Source: a virus
Length of the DNA: 64,000 nucleotides
Reading direction: 5' to 3' (one strand)
Virus record (IMG/VR): IMGVR_UViG_2639763152_000002
Of this stretch, positions 25,919 through 34,167 are shown piece after piece; positions within the stretch are counted from its first letter, which is position 1; every line of letters begins with the position of its first letter. The translations under genes and the position numbers were made by a program. The notes under the pieces are model-generated. The model saw nothing but the letters and a program-made list of their open reading frames with translations, did not search any database and was not told the DNA's origin.

Positions 25919-26611
25919 ATGGGTATATTTCTAAGTTTTATAGGGTTTTTTTTGTTTATTGGGTTTATAGCAGGCTTGATTTTATTTTTCATCAAACGAA
26001 CAAGAAAACTTGGTAAGTTAACAGCCCCACTTTGTTTTGTGGCATCTATATTCTTTTTCTATTTGGGAGGACAGTTTTCAGACACAAGTTCTAGAAATAG
26101 AGACACAGGAACAGAATTAGGTGATAATACGAACATTACATCTTTAGATGAAGAAAAAAATGAAATTTCTTCTAAAGACAAGGAAGTATCTGTGTCAGAT
26201 GATGATTCTACTGTAGTTCATGAATTAAATTGGTCAGAAAAGCAAAATGATACAACGTTTAAAATCGATCGCATTGGAATCGTTAAAGACGAAATGGAAT
26301 CCGGTGCTGAAGGAGCTATAGCTGTTCACTTTGTCATTGACAATGGAAGCAAAAAAGATATCTCAACTTTCCCGAACCAAGGTACCCTTCTTACCAATAC
26401 TAAAGAACAGATAGATGCCAGTTTATCACTCAGTGAAGATATTGGTGGAGAAATTATGTCTGGAGCAAAAAAAGAAGGGTATGTGCTTTATCCAATAAAA
26501 AAATTGCAGGATCCCAATGAAATCAAATCAGTCAGAATAAAATGGGATTTTTGGCCGGATAAAGATGTGACTACAAATGTAAAGGATTTTGATATTAATT
26601 TAACTTGGTGA
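25919..26611 (+). CDS. Membrane-anchored extracytoplasmic protein (DUF4352/Ig-like), possible superinfection exclusion
   Basis: Two N-terminal TMs, an S/D/E-rich linker and a beta-rich C-domain (VHFVIDNGS...GEIMSGAKKEG.V.Y). Confidence 0.7.
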   Translation: MGIFLSFIGFFLFIGFIAGLILFFIKRTRKLGKLTAPLCFVASIFFFYLGGQFSDTSSRNRDTGTELGDNTNITSLDEEKNEISSKDKEVSVSDDDSTVVHELNWSEKQNDTTFKIDRIGIVKDEMESGAEGAIAVHFVIDNGSKKDISTFPNQGTLLTNTKEQIDASLSLSEDIGGEIMSGAKKEGYVLYPIKKLQDPNEIKSVRIKWDFWPDKDVTTNVKDFDINLTW

Positions 26612-26671
26612 GGAATCGTAATGTAATCAGTTATAATGGTCATCATACATAAGAATAAAGTTGAATTATTA

Positions 26672-26706
26672 AGAAGCCCCTTTCAAAATGAAAGAGGCTT
26701 CTTTTT
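26672..26706. terminator. Bidirectional terminator
   Basis: GAAGCC-CCTTTCA-AAA-TGAAAGA-GGCTTC between convergent genes. Confidence 0.65.
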
Positions 26707-28195
26707 ATTCGTTTAACAAAGCAAACCATGCTTTCTGATAAACTTTTTGGCCAAACCCTTTAAATATAGACTTCGTGCTCTTAGACAAACGTTTTCTTGT
26801 CTTTTCTTCAGACATGATTTTTATTACCCTGTCTGCCAATTCATTTTGGGTTTTAACAAGATAACCATTTTTCTCGTTCTGTATCATATCTTTAGGGCCG
26901 TATTTAATATCATATGACGTTACCGGTGTACCTGCGGCTAAGCTTTCAAGAATGGTTAGTCCAAATCCTTCAGATTTTGAAGTGAGTATTGAACAAGCTG
27001 CTTTTTGATAAACCTCAATTTTGTTGTCTGTAAACCCTTTTAATTCAATATTTTTCGTTAAGTTTAATTTTTCAATCAGTTCTTGAAAGTATGTTTCATG
27101 CTCACCCGCGCCATAAATTTCGTATTTCGCATCTGGAATAACATCAACTACTTTTTTGAATGCCTTTATAGCTTCCTCTAGACCCTTTTCTTTATGATAG
27201 CGGGACAAAGTTACCGCTAGGTGCGGATTAACCTTAGAATTATCCTTCTCAGTGTCAGGTTTACTTATTCCATGTGGAATAACGCGATAATTCAATCGCT
27301 CTCCAAACTCGTTTGAAAAGTCATTTTTTTGTTCCTCAGTCAAAAACACAATCTGATCAAATTTATCAGGGTTCTTGAATAAAGCGTTATATTGTTGACT
27401 TAATTCAAATTCACCCTTCTCATTTAAATCGTAATGATTAGTGTGCAACACAACAACTTTTCTCACATCAGATAATCTTTTATCCAATAATAAACTAAAA
27501 TTTTTAGGGTTGTCAGACATGATGATTGGTGATTCAATCTCTTTTGTTCGATTAGCTATCCAATATGCCGCCAGGTCTTCTAGGTTCTTAAATTCTAAAG
27601 GCTCGGGATAGAAAAGATTGCAGCGGAATATCTCTTCATCTTTAGGCTTTAACCATGTTGTGAGATAACATTTCCCATCCTTTCCGAAATAACGATCTAA
27701 CTTTGGTTTGTTGCTGAACAAATCCATTTGGCGTTCACGTACTAAATAACCATCCTCGTTATATTCTTCTCTGCGAAGCCTGTGTCTAGCTTCATTCATG
27801 TAATCAATATATGCAAGCCGTCCATTGTTATCGAACTTTTTGTACTTTACATACAGACCATCTTTGAAGTAACGAAAAGCATTGTTTGCTTTAAAAACGA
27901 TGAAGCCTTCTTCTTCTTTATTCGGATTCCCTTTTATACGATGATCTTCTTTACTGTTCTTAGAAGGATCTAGATCATTGAATAAATTATAAACCTTCAC
28001 TCTTTCATCCAGTTCATTGGTATTATAAAGATTTTGAATGATACTTCTATGATTCTTTTGAAAAAGAATGGTTAGAAATTGAGTTTCTTTATACTCTGAA
28101 ACGAGTGTATTCGCTCTATGTATTGTTGCTTTGGTCATACCGCCTCTTTTTGTATTTAAGGAATTAAACAAAAAAACCGGACTAACGAGAGACAT
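26705..28195 (-). CDS. GT4 glycosyltransferase, TagE-like poly(glycerol-phosphate) alpha-glycosyltransferase
   Basis: GT-B motifs (SR...KGL..AIKAF, SKSEGFGL..LESLA.G.PV.SYD..YGP); N-terminal GGMTKA...R and a tyrosine-rich beta repeat as in TagE. Confidence 0.8.
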   Translation of the reverse strand: MSLVSPVFLFNSLNTKRGGMTKATIHRANTLVSEYKETQFLTILFQKNHRSIIQNLYNTNELDERVKVYNLFNDLDPSKNSKEDHRIKGNPNKEEEGFIVFKANNAFRYFKDGLYVKYKKFDNNGRLAYIDYMNEARHRLRREEYNEDGYLVRERQMDLFSNKPKLDRYFGKDGKCYLTTWLKPKDEEIFRCNLFYPEPLEFKNLEDLAAYWIANRTKEIESPIIMSDNPKNFSLLLDKRLSDVRKVVVLHTNHYDLNEKGEFELSQQYNALFKNPDKFDQIVFLTEEQKNDFSNEFGERLNYRVIPHGISKPDTEKDNSKVNPHLAVTLSRYHKEKGLEEAIKAFKKVVDVIPDAKYEIYGAGEHETYFQELIEKLNLTKNIELKGFTDNKIEVYQKAACSILTSKSEGFGLTILESLAAGTPVTSYDIKYGPKDMIQNEKNGYLVKTQNELADRVIKIMSEEKTRKRLSKSTKSIFKGFGQKVYQKAWFALLNE

Positions 28196-28579
28196 ATTTT
28201 ATCCCCTTTTCATATTTTTTCACTAGATTATATTACTATAAATGAAATTTTAATGAAATAGTCATATAAAAAGAGAATAATTACAGAAAAACCCTCCTTG
28301 TATTAAGAAGGGGTCTTTAATCGATCAAAACTTAAGTCTGGTTTATGACCTATAAATACCGTCAGAAATTAAGCCATTCCTCATCTAAAATTCTTACTGT
28401 ATGTTCTGTCTTTAGTAATGAAAGGCCATCAGCAAGGTACTGAGTTATTTTTTGTGTAACCAAACAAGACCTTCGAAAGTTCTTAACTTTCACTATATTT
28501 AGAGTTATGTTAGAATGGAATGAGAACGTATGTTCTGTATTTATTGAGATTAGTTACTGTATTGTGGAGGATTGATGGT

Positions 28580-29176
28580 TTGAAAACAATTTTACTATCT
28601 GATGGACGAGCCTTAAAATTAACGTTTGAAGAAACGAGAAAACATTTTCTGCCGATGATAAAAAAAACAATAAAACAAACTAATAATAAATTTGTTTTTA
28701 ACTTTATTGATGAGGAAGATTTTTCTCAAGAGTTAGAAATTGAACTTTGGAGAGCATATGAAGGTTATGATTTCAATTATGGAACGTGTTTCTCAACATA
28801 TCTACATTACAAATTGAAAAAGGGAGTACGTAATGTAACGTATTCTAGATACACTTTAAAAAATAAAAATAAAGGGATTTTATCTATAGATACCCTAGTA
28901 AATAACAAAGACCTTAAACTGATTGACATATTGCCAACAATTGATTATTCACTGAGCAATCTTGAATCCAATGAACTTGTTAGAATTCTTCTAGAGAATA
29001 CACCTCCACAAGATAGAGACGCACTTCAAGTAATACTTGACAGAGAGACTTTTTCTGTTTCAGAATATGCAGCAAAACATCAAATTTCTCGTCAAGCCGC
29101 TAACCAAAGAATTATTAAACTTCGAAAACACCTTCAAAATATAATTTCTGAAAAATATCTCCTTACAAACGATTGA
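28580..29176 (+). CDS. Alternative sigma-70-like factor
   Basis: TTG start after ggagga; region 2 motif DFSQELEIELWRAYEGYD...GTCFSTYL; region 4 HTH SVSEYAAKHQISRQAANQR. Confidence 0.75.
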   Translation: MKTILLSDGRALKLTFEETRKHFLPMIKKTIKQTNNKFVFNFIDEEDFSQELEIELWRAYEGYDFNYGTCFSTYLHYKLKKGVRNVTYSRYTLKNKNKGILSIDTLVNNKDLKLIDILPTIDYSLSNLESNELVRILLENTPPQDRDALQVILDRETFSVSEYAAKHQISRQAANQRIIKLRKHLQNIISEKYLLTND

Positions 29177-29195
29177 GCTAACTATTTGCAATCCA

Positions 29196-29226
29196 AAGAT
29201 CATTAATTATTTAATGATCTTTTATT
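29196..29226 (+). terminator. Terminator after the sigma gene
   Basis: AAAGATCATTAA-TTAT-TTAATGATCTTT followed by T-rich sequence. Confidence 0.6.
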
Positions 29227-29385
29227 TTTCTCTTTCTTTTCATCGTTTTCCTTAGTCTATTCCAAATTCTCTAAGCTATAAGATACATAATCAATACACG
29301 GAATTTTAATTTTACATTTACATTTTTAAATTGCGGGATAGAATAGTAGCACTCAAGAAACTAAATAAGGAGAGGAGCTTTTTTT

Positions 29386-29913
29386 ATGACTATTTGTATT
29401 AACAAAAAAGGGTCAAGCGTTCCGGTCTACTCAAATTACGGATTAACTACATGGGGATCTAAAGTCGGAACAGTTAATTCTAATGAATTATTTGTTTTTT
29501 ATGGGACGTTTACAGAAGCAAATGGTGCAGTTTCAATCGGTTTTTATTCACCTTCAGGATGGCGACAAGGATACGTCAAACCAAGTGCTGCCACTAGTTC
29601 ATTTTTGACAAACGCTTATAAAGCGAAATACGGAACATCTGCCCATGGAGGAATTGCATTTAAAGTCCTTCATCGCCAATCTCGTATTTTTTCTGGCACA
29701 AACGTTATTACTACAGTAAAACCAGGTGGTAAGATTATCACTGATGGTTATTCATCTTCTGGATCATCTTATCCATACCGATTAAGTATTAAAGGATATA
29801 TTCATGCTGGAAGCACCAAATACCATAAAGTAACGAATGGCTGGTGTGACACTGATTTAGAAATCGGGAAATCAATGTACAATACAGTTACAATCGACGG
29901 TAAGTGGGTATGA
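29386..29913 (+). CDS. Leaderless Gly/Ser/Thr/Tyr-rich protein with two SH3b-like halves
   Basis: 175 aa; GW.QGYV motif; no signal peptide; strong RBS and own terminator (AAAAAGAGGCATAA...TTATGCCTCTTTTT). Confidence 0.7.
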   Translation: MTICINKKGSSVPVYSNYGLTTWGSKVGTVNSNELFVFYGTFTEANGAVSIGFYSPSGWRQGYVKPSAATSSFLTNAYKAKYGTSAHGGIAFKVLHRQSRIFSGTNVITTVKPGGKIITDGYSSSGSSYPYRLSIKGYIHAGSTKYHKVTNGWCDTDLEIGKSMYNTVTIDGKWV

Positions 29914-30107
29914 AAAAGAAAAAGCTAATGCACTAATCAATATAAAAAGAGGCATAAAAATTCTAACTTATGCCTCTTTTTTATATCTTAATCTAATTTA
30001 GATCCTCTGCTAATCTCGTTATCCCCTCGTTTTATATTTATATTGGCCTCTAAACAGTTGGATGTTCATAATAATCACTACATATAACCTCCCAAAAATT
30101 CTTTCTG

Positions 30108-31268
30108 CTACTTCAATAATGCTTCAAGTTTCGCCTTTGTATCTGGTCCGTAAATGCCGTCTTGACGAAGCCCATACATTGACTGTAAACGTTTCACTGC
30201 ATTCGCCGTCTTCGGTCCATACGCACCATCAATACCAAAATTTTTTGCGTTTTTATCCGGATAATAATGAAGAGCCGCTAACGCAGTCTGGATCTGTTTT
30301 ACAGATTCCCCTCGGGTTAACGGGTTTGTGACTTTAAAAATACCCGCAGGCAGGCTGAATTTTGATTTTTGAGTGGTTTTAGGCTTTGAGGCTTTTACCT
30401 TCTTTTTGCCGCCGCTTTTCAGCTCGTTATCGCTTTTGATATAGGAGACATTCACATATCCGTGGAATGTCTGGCCTTTTGAATTGGTGTATTCGACATA
30501 TCCCCATCCGTTAACAGTTGATCCAAGCTGATATTTTACAAACGTGCCATTCGGCAGGTTAAGCACCATGGAAGAAGAGGCGCTCCGTTGTGTACGCAGA
30601 ACAAGGCCATCACTTGAAACCACCGTGTTTTTGATGAATCTTCCTGTATCTGTATGGGTAACATCTGGATTCGATTCCACAGGCACCGTTACAACCACGC
30701 CGGCCATTCGCTTTTTAACACGGGTCTTAAAATCGGTAAACCCTTGAGAGTTGCTTACCCACGGCGCCGGGCAGATTTTATGTGTGATATCGTAATGTCG
30801 AACAATGTCATTGATTGGATCGAGTTTATACATTTTGCACAGCTCGGCACAAACTTGTTCTGCGCGGGCAATGGTATCCGGATGGAAAGTGCCGTTCTTT
30901 TCAATGCAAAGCTCCACGCCAATAGATAAGAAATTTGCATTCGGTTTCAGCGCCGCGACACCCCGGTAAGGCTGCCCGTTAACGAATTGCTGAACGTCAT
31001 TCGCATGATAGGCCACCTCATTCAACGGAATGATACAAATAGCCTCTGTACGATCGACAAAGATATGTGCCGATGCAAACGTCTGTTTTTTCACAGACAG
31101 ATTTCTGTTCTGTGCGGGGAGCGTTTGACCAAAGTACCTGTAATGATTGGCAGCAGGCGCGCCGGGGTTTGCCGTGTAATGCACCACCAGTTTCTTCACG
31201 CCGTTGTTTTTGATTCCCGGCCGCGTCCATTTGTTAATATCAATATATTGATTTCTGTATGCTGACAT
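30108..31268 (-). CDS. Endolysin: Amidase_2 (XlyA/CwlA-like) + SH3 + PG-binding domain
   Basis: VVHYTAN, SAH.FVD, AYHA, IGVELC and RHYD...K.CP motifs; C-terminal DG.YGP.T...V..LQ repeats. Confidence 0.95.
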   Translation of the reverse strand: MSAYRNQYIDINKWTRPGIKNNGVKKLVVHYTANPGAPAANHYRYFGQTLPAQNRNLSVKKQTFASAHIFVDRTEAICIIPLNEVAYHANDVQQFVNGQPYRGVAALKPNANFLSIGVELCIEKNGTFHPDTIARAEQVCAELCKMYKLDPINDIVRHYDITHKICPAPWVSNSQGFTDFKTRVKKRMAGVVVTVPVESNPDVTHTDTGRFIKNTVVSSDGLVLRTQRSASSSMVLNLPNGTFVKYQLGSTVNGWGYVEYTNSKGQTFHGYVNVSYIKSDNELKSGGKKKVKASKPKTTQKSKFSLPAGIFKVTNPLTRGESVKQIQTALAALHYYPDKNAKNFGIDGAYGPKTANAVKRLQSMYGLRQDGIYGPDTKAKLEALLK

Positions 31269-31313
31269 AAAAATCTCTCCTATTCTGTTTTTGAATACAA
31301 AAAAGCAGCCGGA

Positions 31314-31736
31314 TTAACCAGCTGCTTGATCGTCTTTTTCTGTTTTCTGATCGTTGTCGTTTTCAATTACATGGAGCCGGTCAGTGATGACGGCCGGAAT
31401 TTTAACGCCGATCTGTGCCAAGTTTTCCGTGATGGACAGGCCCTCATTTGCGATATAAAAAAGAACGGTTCCAAAGGTCAGAACACCGTTCAAATTTGTT
31501 ATCGTGTCAATAATGTTGGCGACGATGACCACCATAAAACTGAGCATCTTCCGCACATATCCAAACCACGCGCTGCGGCTCCGGAGCTGCTTCATTTTCC
31601 ACGCTTTGATAATGCCGGTAATAACATCCAAGATGCTGAGGATCAGAAGCAAGTCAAGGTATTTCACCTCCCCGAAAAGATATGTTCTTGCGATCTGTAA
31701 GCTTTCAACATTCAACATCACTTGTATTCCCTCCAT
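31314..31736 (-). CDS. Holin (toxin secretion / phage lysis holin family)
   Basis: LD.ITG..KAW...G..RK and FYIANEGLSI.ENL..IGV.IP motifs. Confidence 0.92.
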   Translation of the reverse strand: MEGIQVMLNVESLQIARTYLFGEVKYLDLLLILSILDVITGIIKAWKMKQLRSRSAWFGYVRKMLSFMVVIVANIIDTITNLNGVLTFGTVLFYIANEGLSITENLAQIGVKIPAVITDRLHVIENDNDQKTEKDDQAAG

Positions 31737-31785
31737 TGTCAATCACCTCCTTCGAGGCAAAATAAAAACACCTCTAGGGTGTTTA

Positions 31786-31971
31786 TTAGCTCCCTGTCCC
31801 GCCCACATCCACACTGATTGGCTGTTCTGTAGCGGGATAGGTTAAACCAGTGATTTGTTTATATTGCTCTTCAGTAATTCTGTTCAATTCAACAAAACGG
31901 GCGACATTCGCGTTTGTATAATAATTCCGGCCCCAGCCATAAATGGTCTTGATATTTGTAAACCAATCCAT
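31786..31971 (-). CDS. XkdX-like protein
   Basis: WF..IK..Y.WG...V..FV....IT.EQYKQITG..Y motif. Confidence 0.85.
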   Translation of the reverse strand: MDWFTNIKTIYGWGRNYYTNANVARFVELNRITEEQYKQITGLTYPATEQPISVDVGGTGS

Positions 31972-32333
31972 TATGCTTTTCCTCCCTCTGCCAACATAAG
32001 AAGCAAGTCAGCCAATATTCTTGACTGTTCCTCGGCTGCGCTTTGAGCTTCTGCCAACTGCTCCATAATGACAGCATTCTGCTGTTTTAAAATATCAACA
32101 GCCGTTGGTCCTTGAACATTTTTTGCGTGCTCTAATATAGAATTCTTTTCCTCTCGTGTAGCCGATTCTATCCATATCTGTTTGCTAGGATCGAATTTCG
32201 CCTTAAAAAATGAAGGTGGTTGAATTAGCGTGCAATTTTCAGGAATAATATAATTTCCTTGCTCATCTACTTCGCTAATAATAGAAGGTCCGATAAAAAT
32301 AAAATCTTCTCCATACTTGTATGCTTGAATCAT
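31971..32333 (-). CDS. Tail fibre assembly / XkdW-like protein
   Basis: 120 aa with a C-terminal coiled coil; position before the xkdX-like gene. Confidence 0.6.
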   Translation of the reverse strand: MIQAYKYGEDFIFIGPSIISEVDEQGNYIIPENCTLIQPPSFFKAKFDPSKQIWIESATREEKNSILEHAKNVQGPTAVDILKQQNAVIMEQLAEAQSAAEEQSRILADLLLMLAEGGKA

Positions 32334-34153
32334 GTTGCAGTTCCTCCAGTTTGTAGCGGCACAGATACATCTATATAAAAACCATCTAATCTATTTGAAT
32401 CAAGTGGCGTTGGATATTTAATCTTTAAGTCACCATCATCGTATACAATCAAATTTGCCGTTCCCCCTGTTCCGCTTAGAGCAACCGAAACGACAGCCCC
32501 TCCTATCGGCGTGTACTCAACTGGTATTGACCCAAAAATAATTTCTGCATCTACCCTTACGTGACCTCGTAATAACAACAAAGAACCCGATTTTGCATAT
32601 ATTGGCGTGCGTGTCCCCACGGTAGCACCGTTTTTCAGCGTAATATTTTGCCACACAGGATTTTCAAAATCATTATTTGTAATGAGCCGTTTCCATCCTT
32701 TAAAAACACCGTTAGTATGAACCGTAGCATGCCATAAAGTGTTATCATAGCTACGCCAAGCTATGATAGACTTTCTTCCGGAATCGCCTTCGATAACATC
32801 ATAGTTAAACCATGAGCTATCATTCACAACAGGATTGTTTTTAACTGATGTGCCATTCGCATAATAATAACCTGAACTTAACGCTAGAACGTCTGTCTCA
32901 TTTACTAATTGTGTTCGTTTTCCGTCATCCTTTGTCAACTTCGTCATCTGGCCGCCATTCCACTTGTCTTTTTCAGTTTTTGTTACGTGAATGTCCGTTT
33001 TATCGGCATGAACATCGACTTTTGACTGCGCCCCTTCCACTGACTCAAACTCACGCCATGACGTCCAAGAATCCGAGCCTGAGATTTTATTACGCATAAA
33101 CTTTCGGCGGCCTGACGACGTTGAGTCGCTGCTGCTATAGGACGTATATTCCTGATATGCATACGTTCCGTAGTTGTGGACGAATAGATACCCGTTATTA
33201 TTCACGGGCGCATTTAATGCTGTCGTGACACTGCTCATATAGTATAAGCCTGTATCCGTTACAGTATTGAAATCAGCACCGCTTAGATACTTCGCCAGCC
33301 CATTATCTTCCGTTAATTTAAAGAGCTGTCCTGCATTCCATTTATCCTTTTCAACTTTTGATGTATGTCTTTCTCCGTTGTTATCGTGTTGTCGAAAAGC
33401 ATAGTAATCAGCCTGTTTGATATTATCGACTTTATCAAGTCCAACTTGTGCCGCAGTAACCTGGTGCGGATTTGAAGTGTCAGAGGTGTGTTTGTCAAAA
33501 TCCTCTTTCTTTGCTTGTACGTCATTTGTTACGGCAGATAGCCCTATCTGCGCTTTTGTTACTCCATGTGGGTTACTTTTATCCTTTGAATGCTTATCAA
33601 GATTCACCTGAACAGCGTCAGCCTTTTCTTGCGAGCCCTTTTTCGTTTCAACAGCTTCGAGATCGGCAAATTTCTCCCGTAATTCCTCAACGGTTTGACT
33701 GATTTCTTCAACAGTTTGGTTTACCCCGTCTCTCAGCGTTTCAAAGTCGTCAATGTAGTAGTCAGCTGTCGGAACGATGTTCTGATCTTCTAACGTTTTA
33801 GCGATAGAAAAGGTGAAAAATGAAGTTACCAGGGATTGTCCGTTTGTATAATATAGTTTGATTTCGGCCTTAACGGTTCCGTAATGCGTCAGTTCCTCAT
33901 CAGACAAAATGTATTCAGCTGTACCATTAACTTTGTCTATAAGCGTAAGACTCTTTTTATAAAATGATCCGTCAGCATATAGCAGAACGATTTTTGCATC
34001 CAATGCTGACAAAGGCAACGGTACGCCATCCTTCACAAAAGAAAAGGACAGCTTGGCGCTGCCCGTATCTTGCGTCATAAATTGTATGTTAGTGGTTCGG
34101 CCGTTTGACCGTCCGGCATTAATATCGAATGACACGCTCCCCGTTTTATACAT
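32330..34153 (-). CDS. BppU-family upper baseplate / fibre protein
   Basis: N-terminal BppU pattern (F.TQD.GSA.L.F); repeats H..D.SNPH.VT.AQ.GL..V.N and H.....EKDKWN; C-terminal knob-like domains. Confidence 0.85.
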   Translation of the reverse strand: MYKTGSVSFDINAGRSNGRTTNIQFMTQDTGSAKLSFSFVKDGVPLPLSALDAKIVLLYADGSFYKKSLTLIDKVNGTAEYILSDEELTHYGTVKAEIKLYYTNGQSLVTSFFTFSIAKTLEDQNIVPTADYYIDDFETLRDGVNQTVEEISQTVEELREKFADLEAVETKKGSQEKADAVQVNLDKHSKDKSNPHGVTKAQIGLSAVTNDVQAKKEDFDKHTSDTSNPHQVTAAQVGLDKVDNIKQADYYAFRQHDNNGERHTSKVEKDKWNAGQLFKLTEDNGLAKYLSGADFNTVTDTGLYYMSSVTTALNAPVNNNGYLFVHNYGTYAYQEYTSYSSSDSTSSGRRKFMRNKISGSDSWTSWREFESVEGAQSKVDVHADKTDIHVTKTEKDKWNGGQMTKLTKDDGKRTQLVNETDVLALSSGYYYANGTSVKNNPVVNDSSWFNYDVIEGDSGRKSIIAWRSYDNTLWHATVHTNGVFKGWKRLITNNDFENPVWQNITLKNGATVGTRTPIYAKSGSLLLLRGHVRVDAEIIFGSIPVEYTPIGGAVVSVALSGTGGTANLIVYDDGDLKIKYPTPLDSNRLDGFYIDVSVPLQTGGTAT

Positions 34154-34167
34154 CTTTGATTCCTCCC

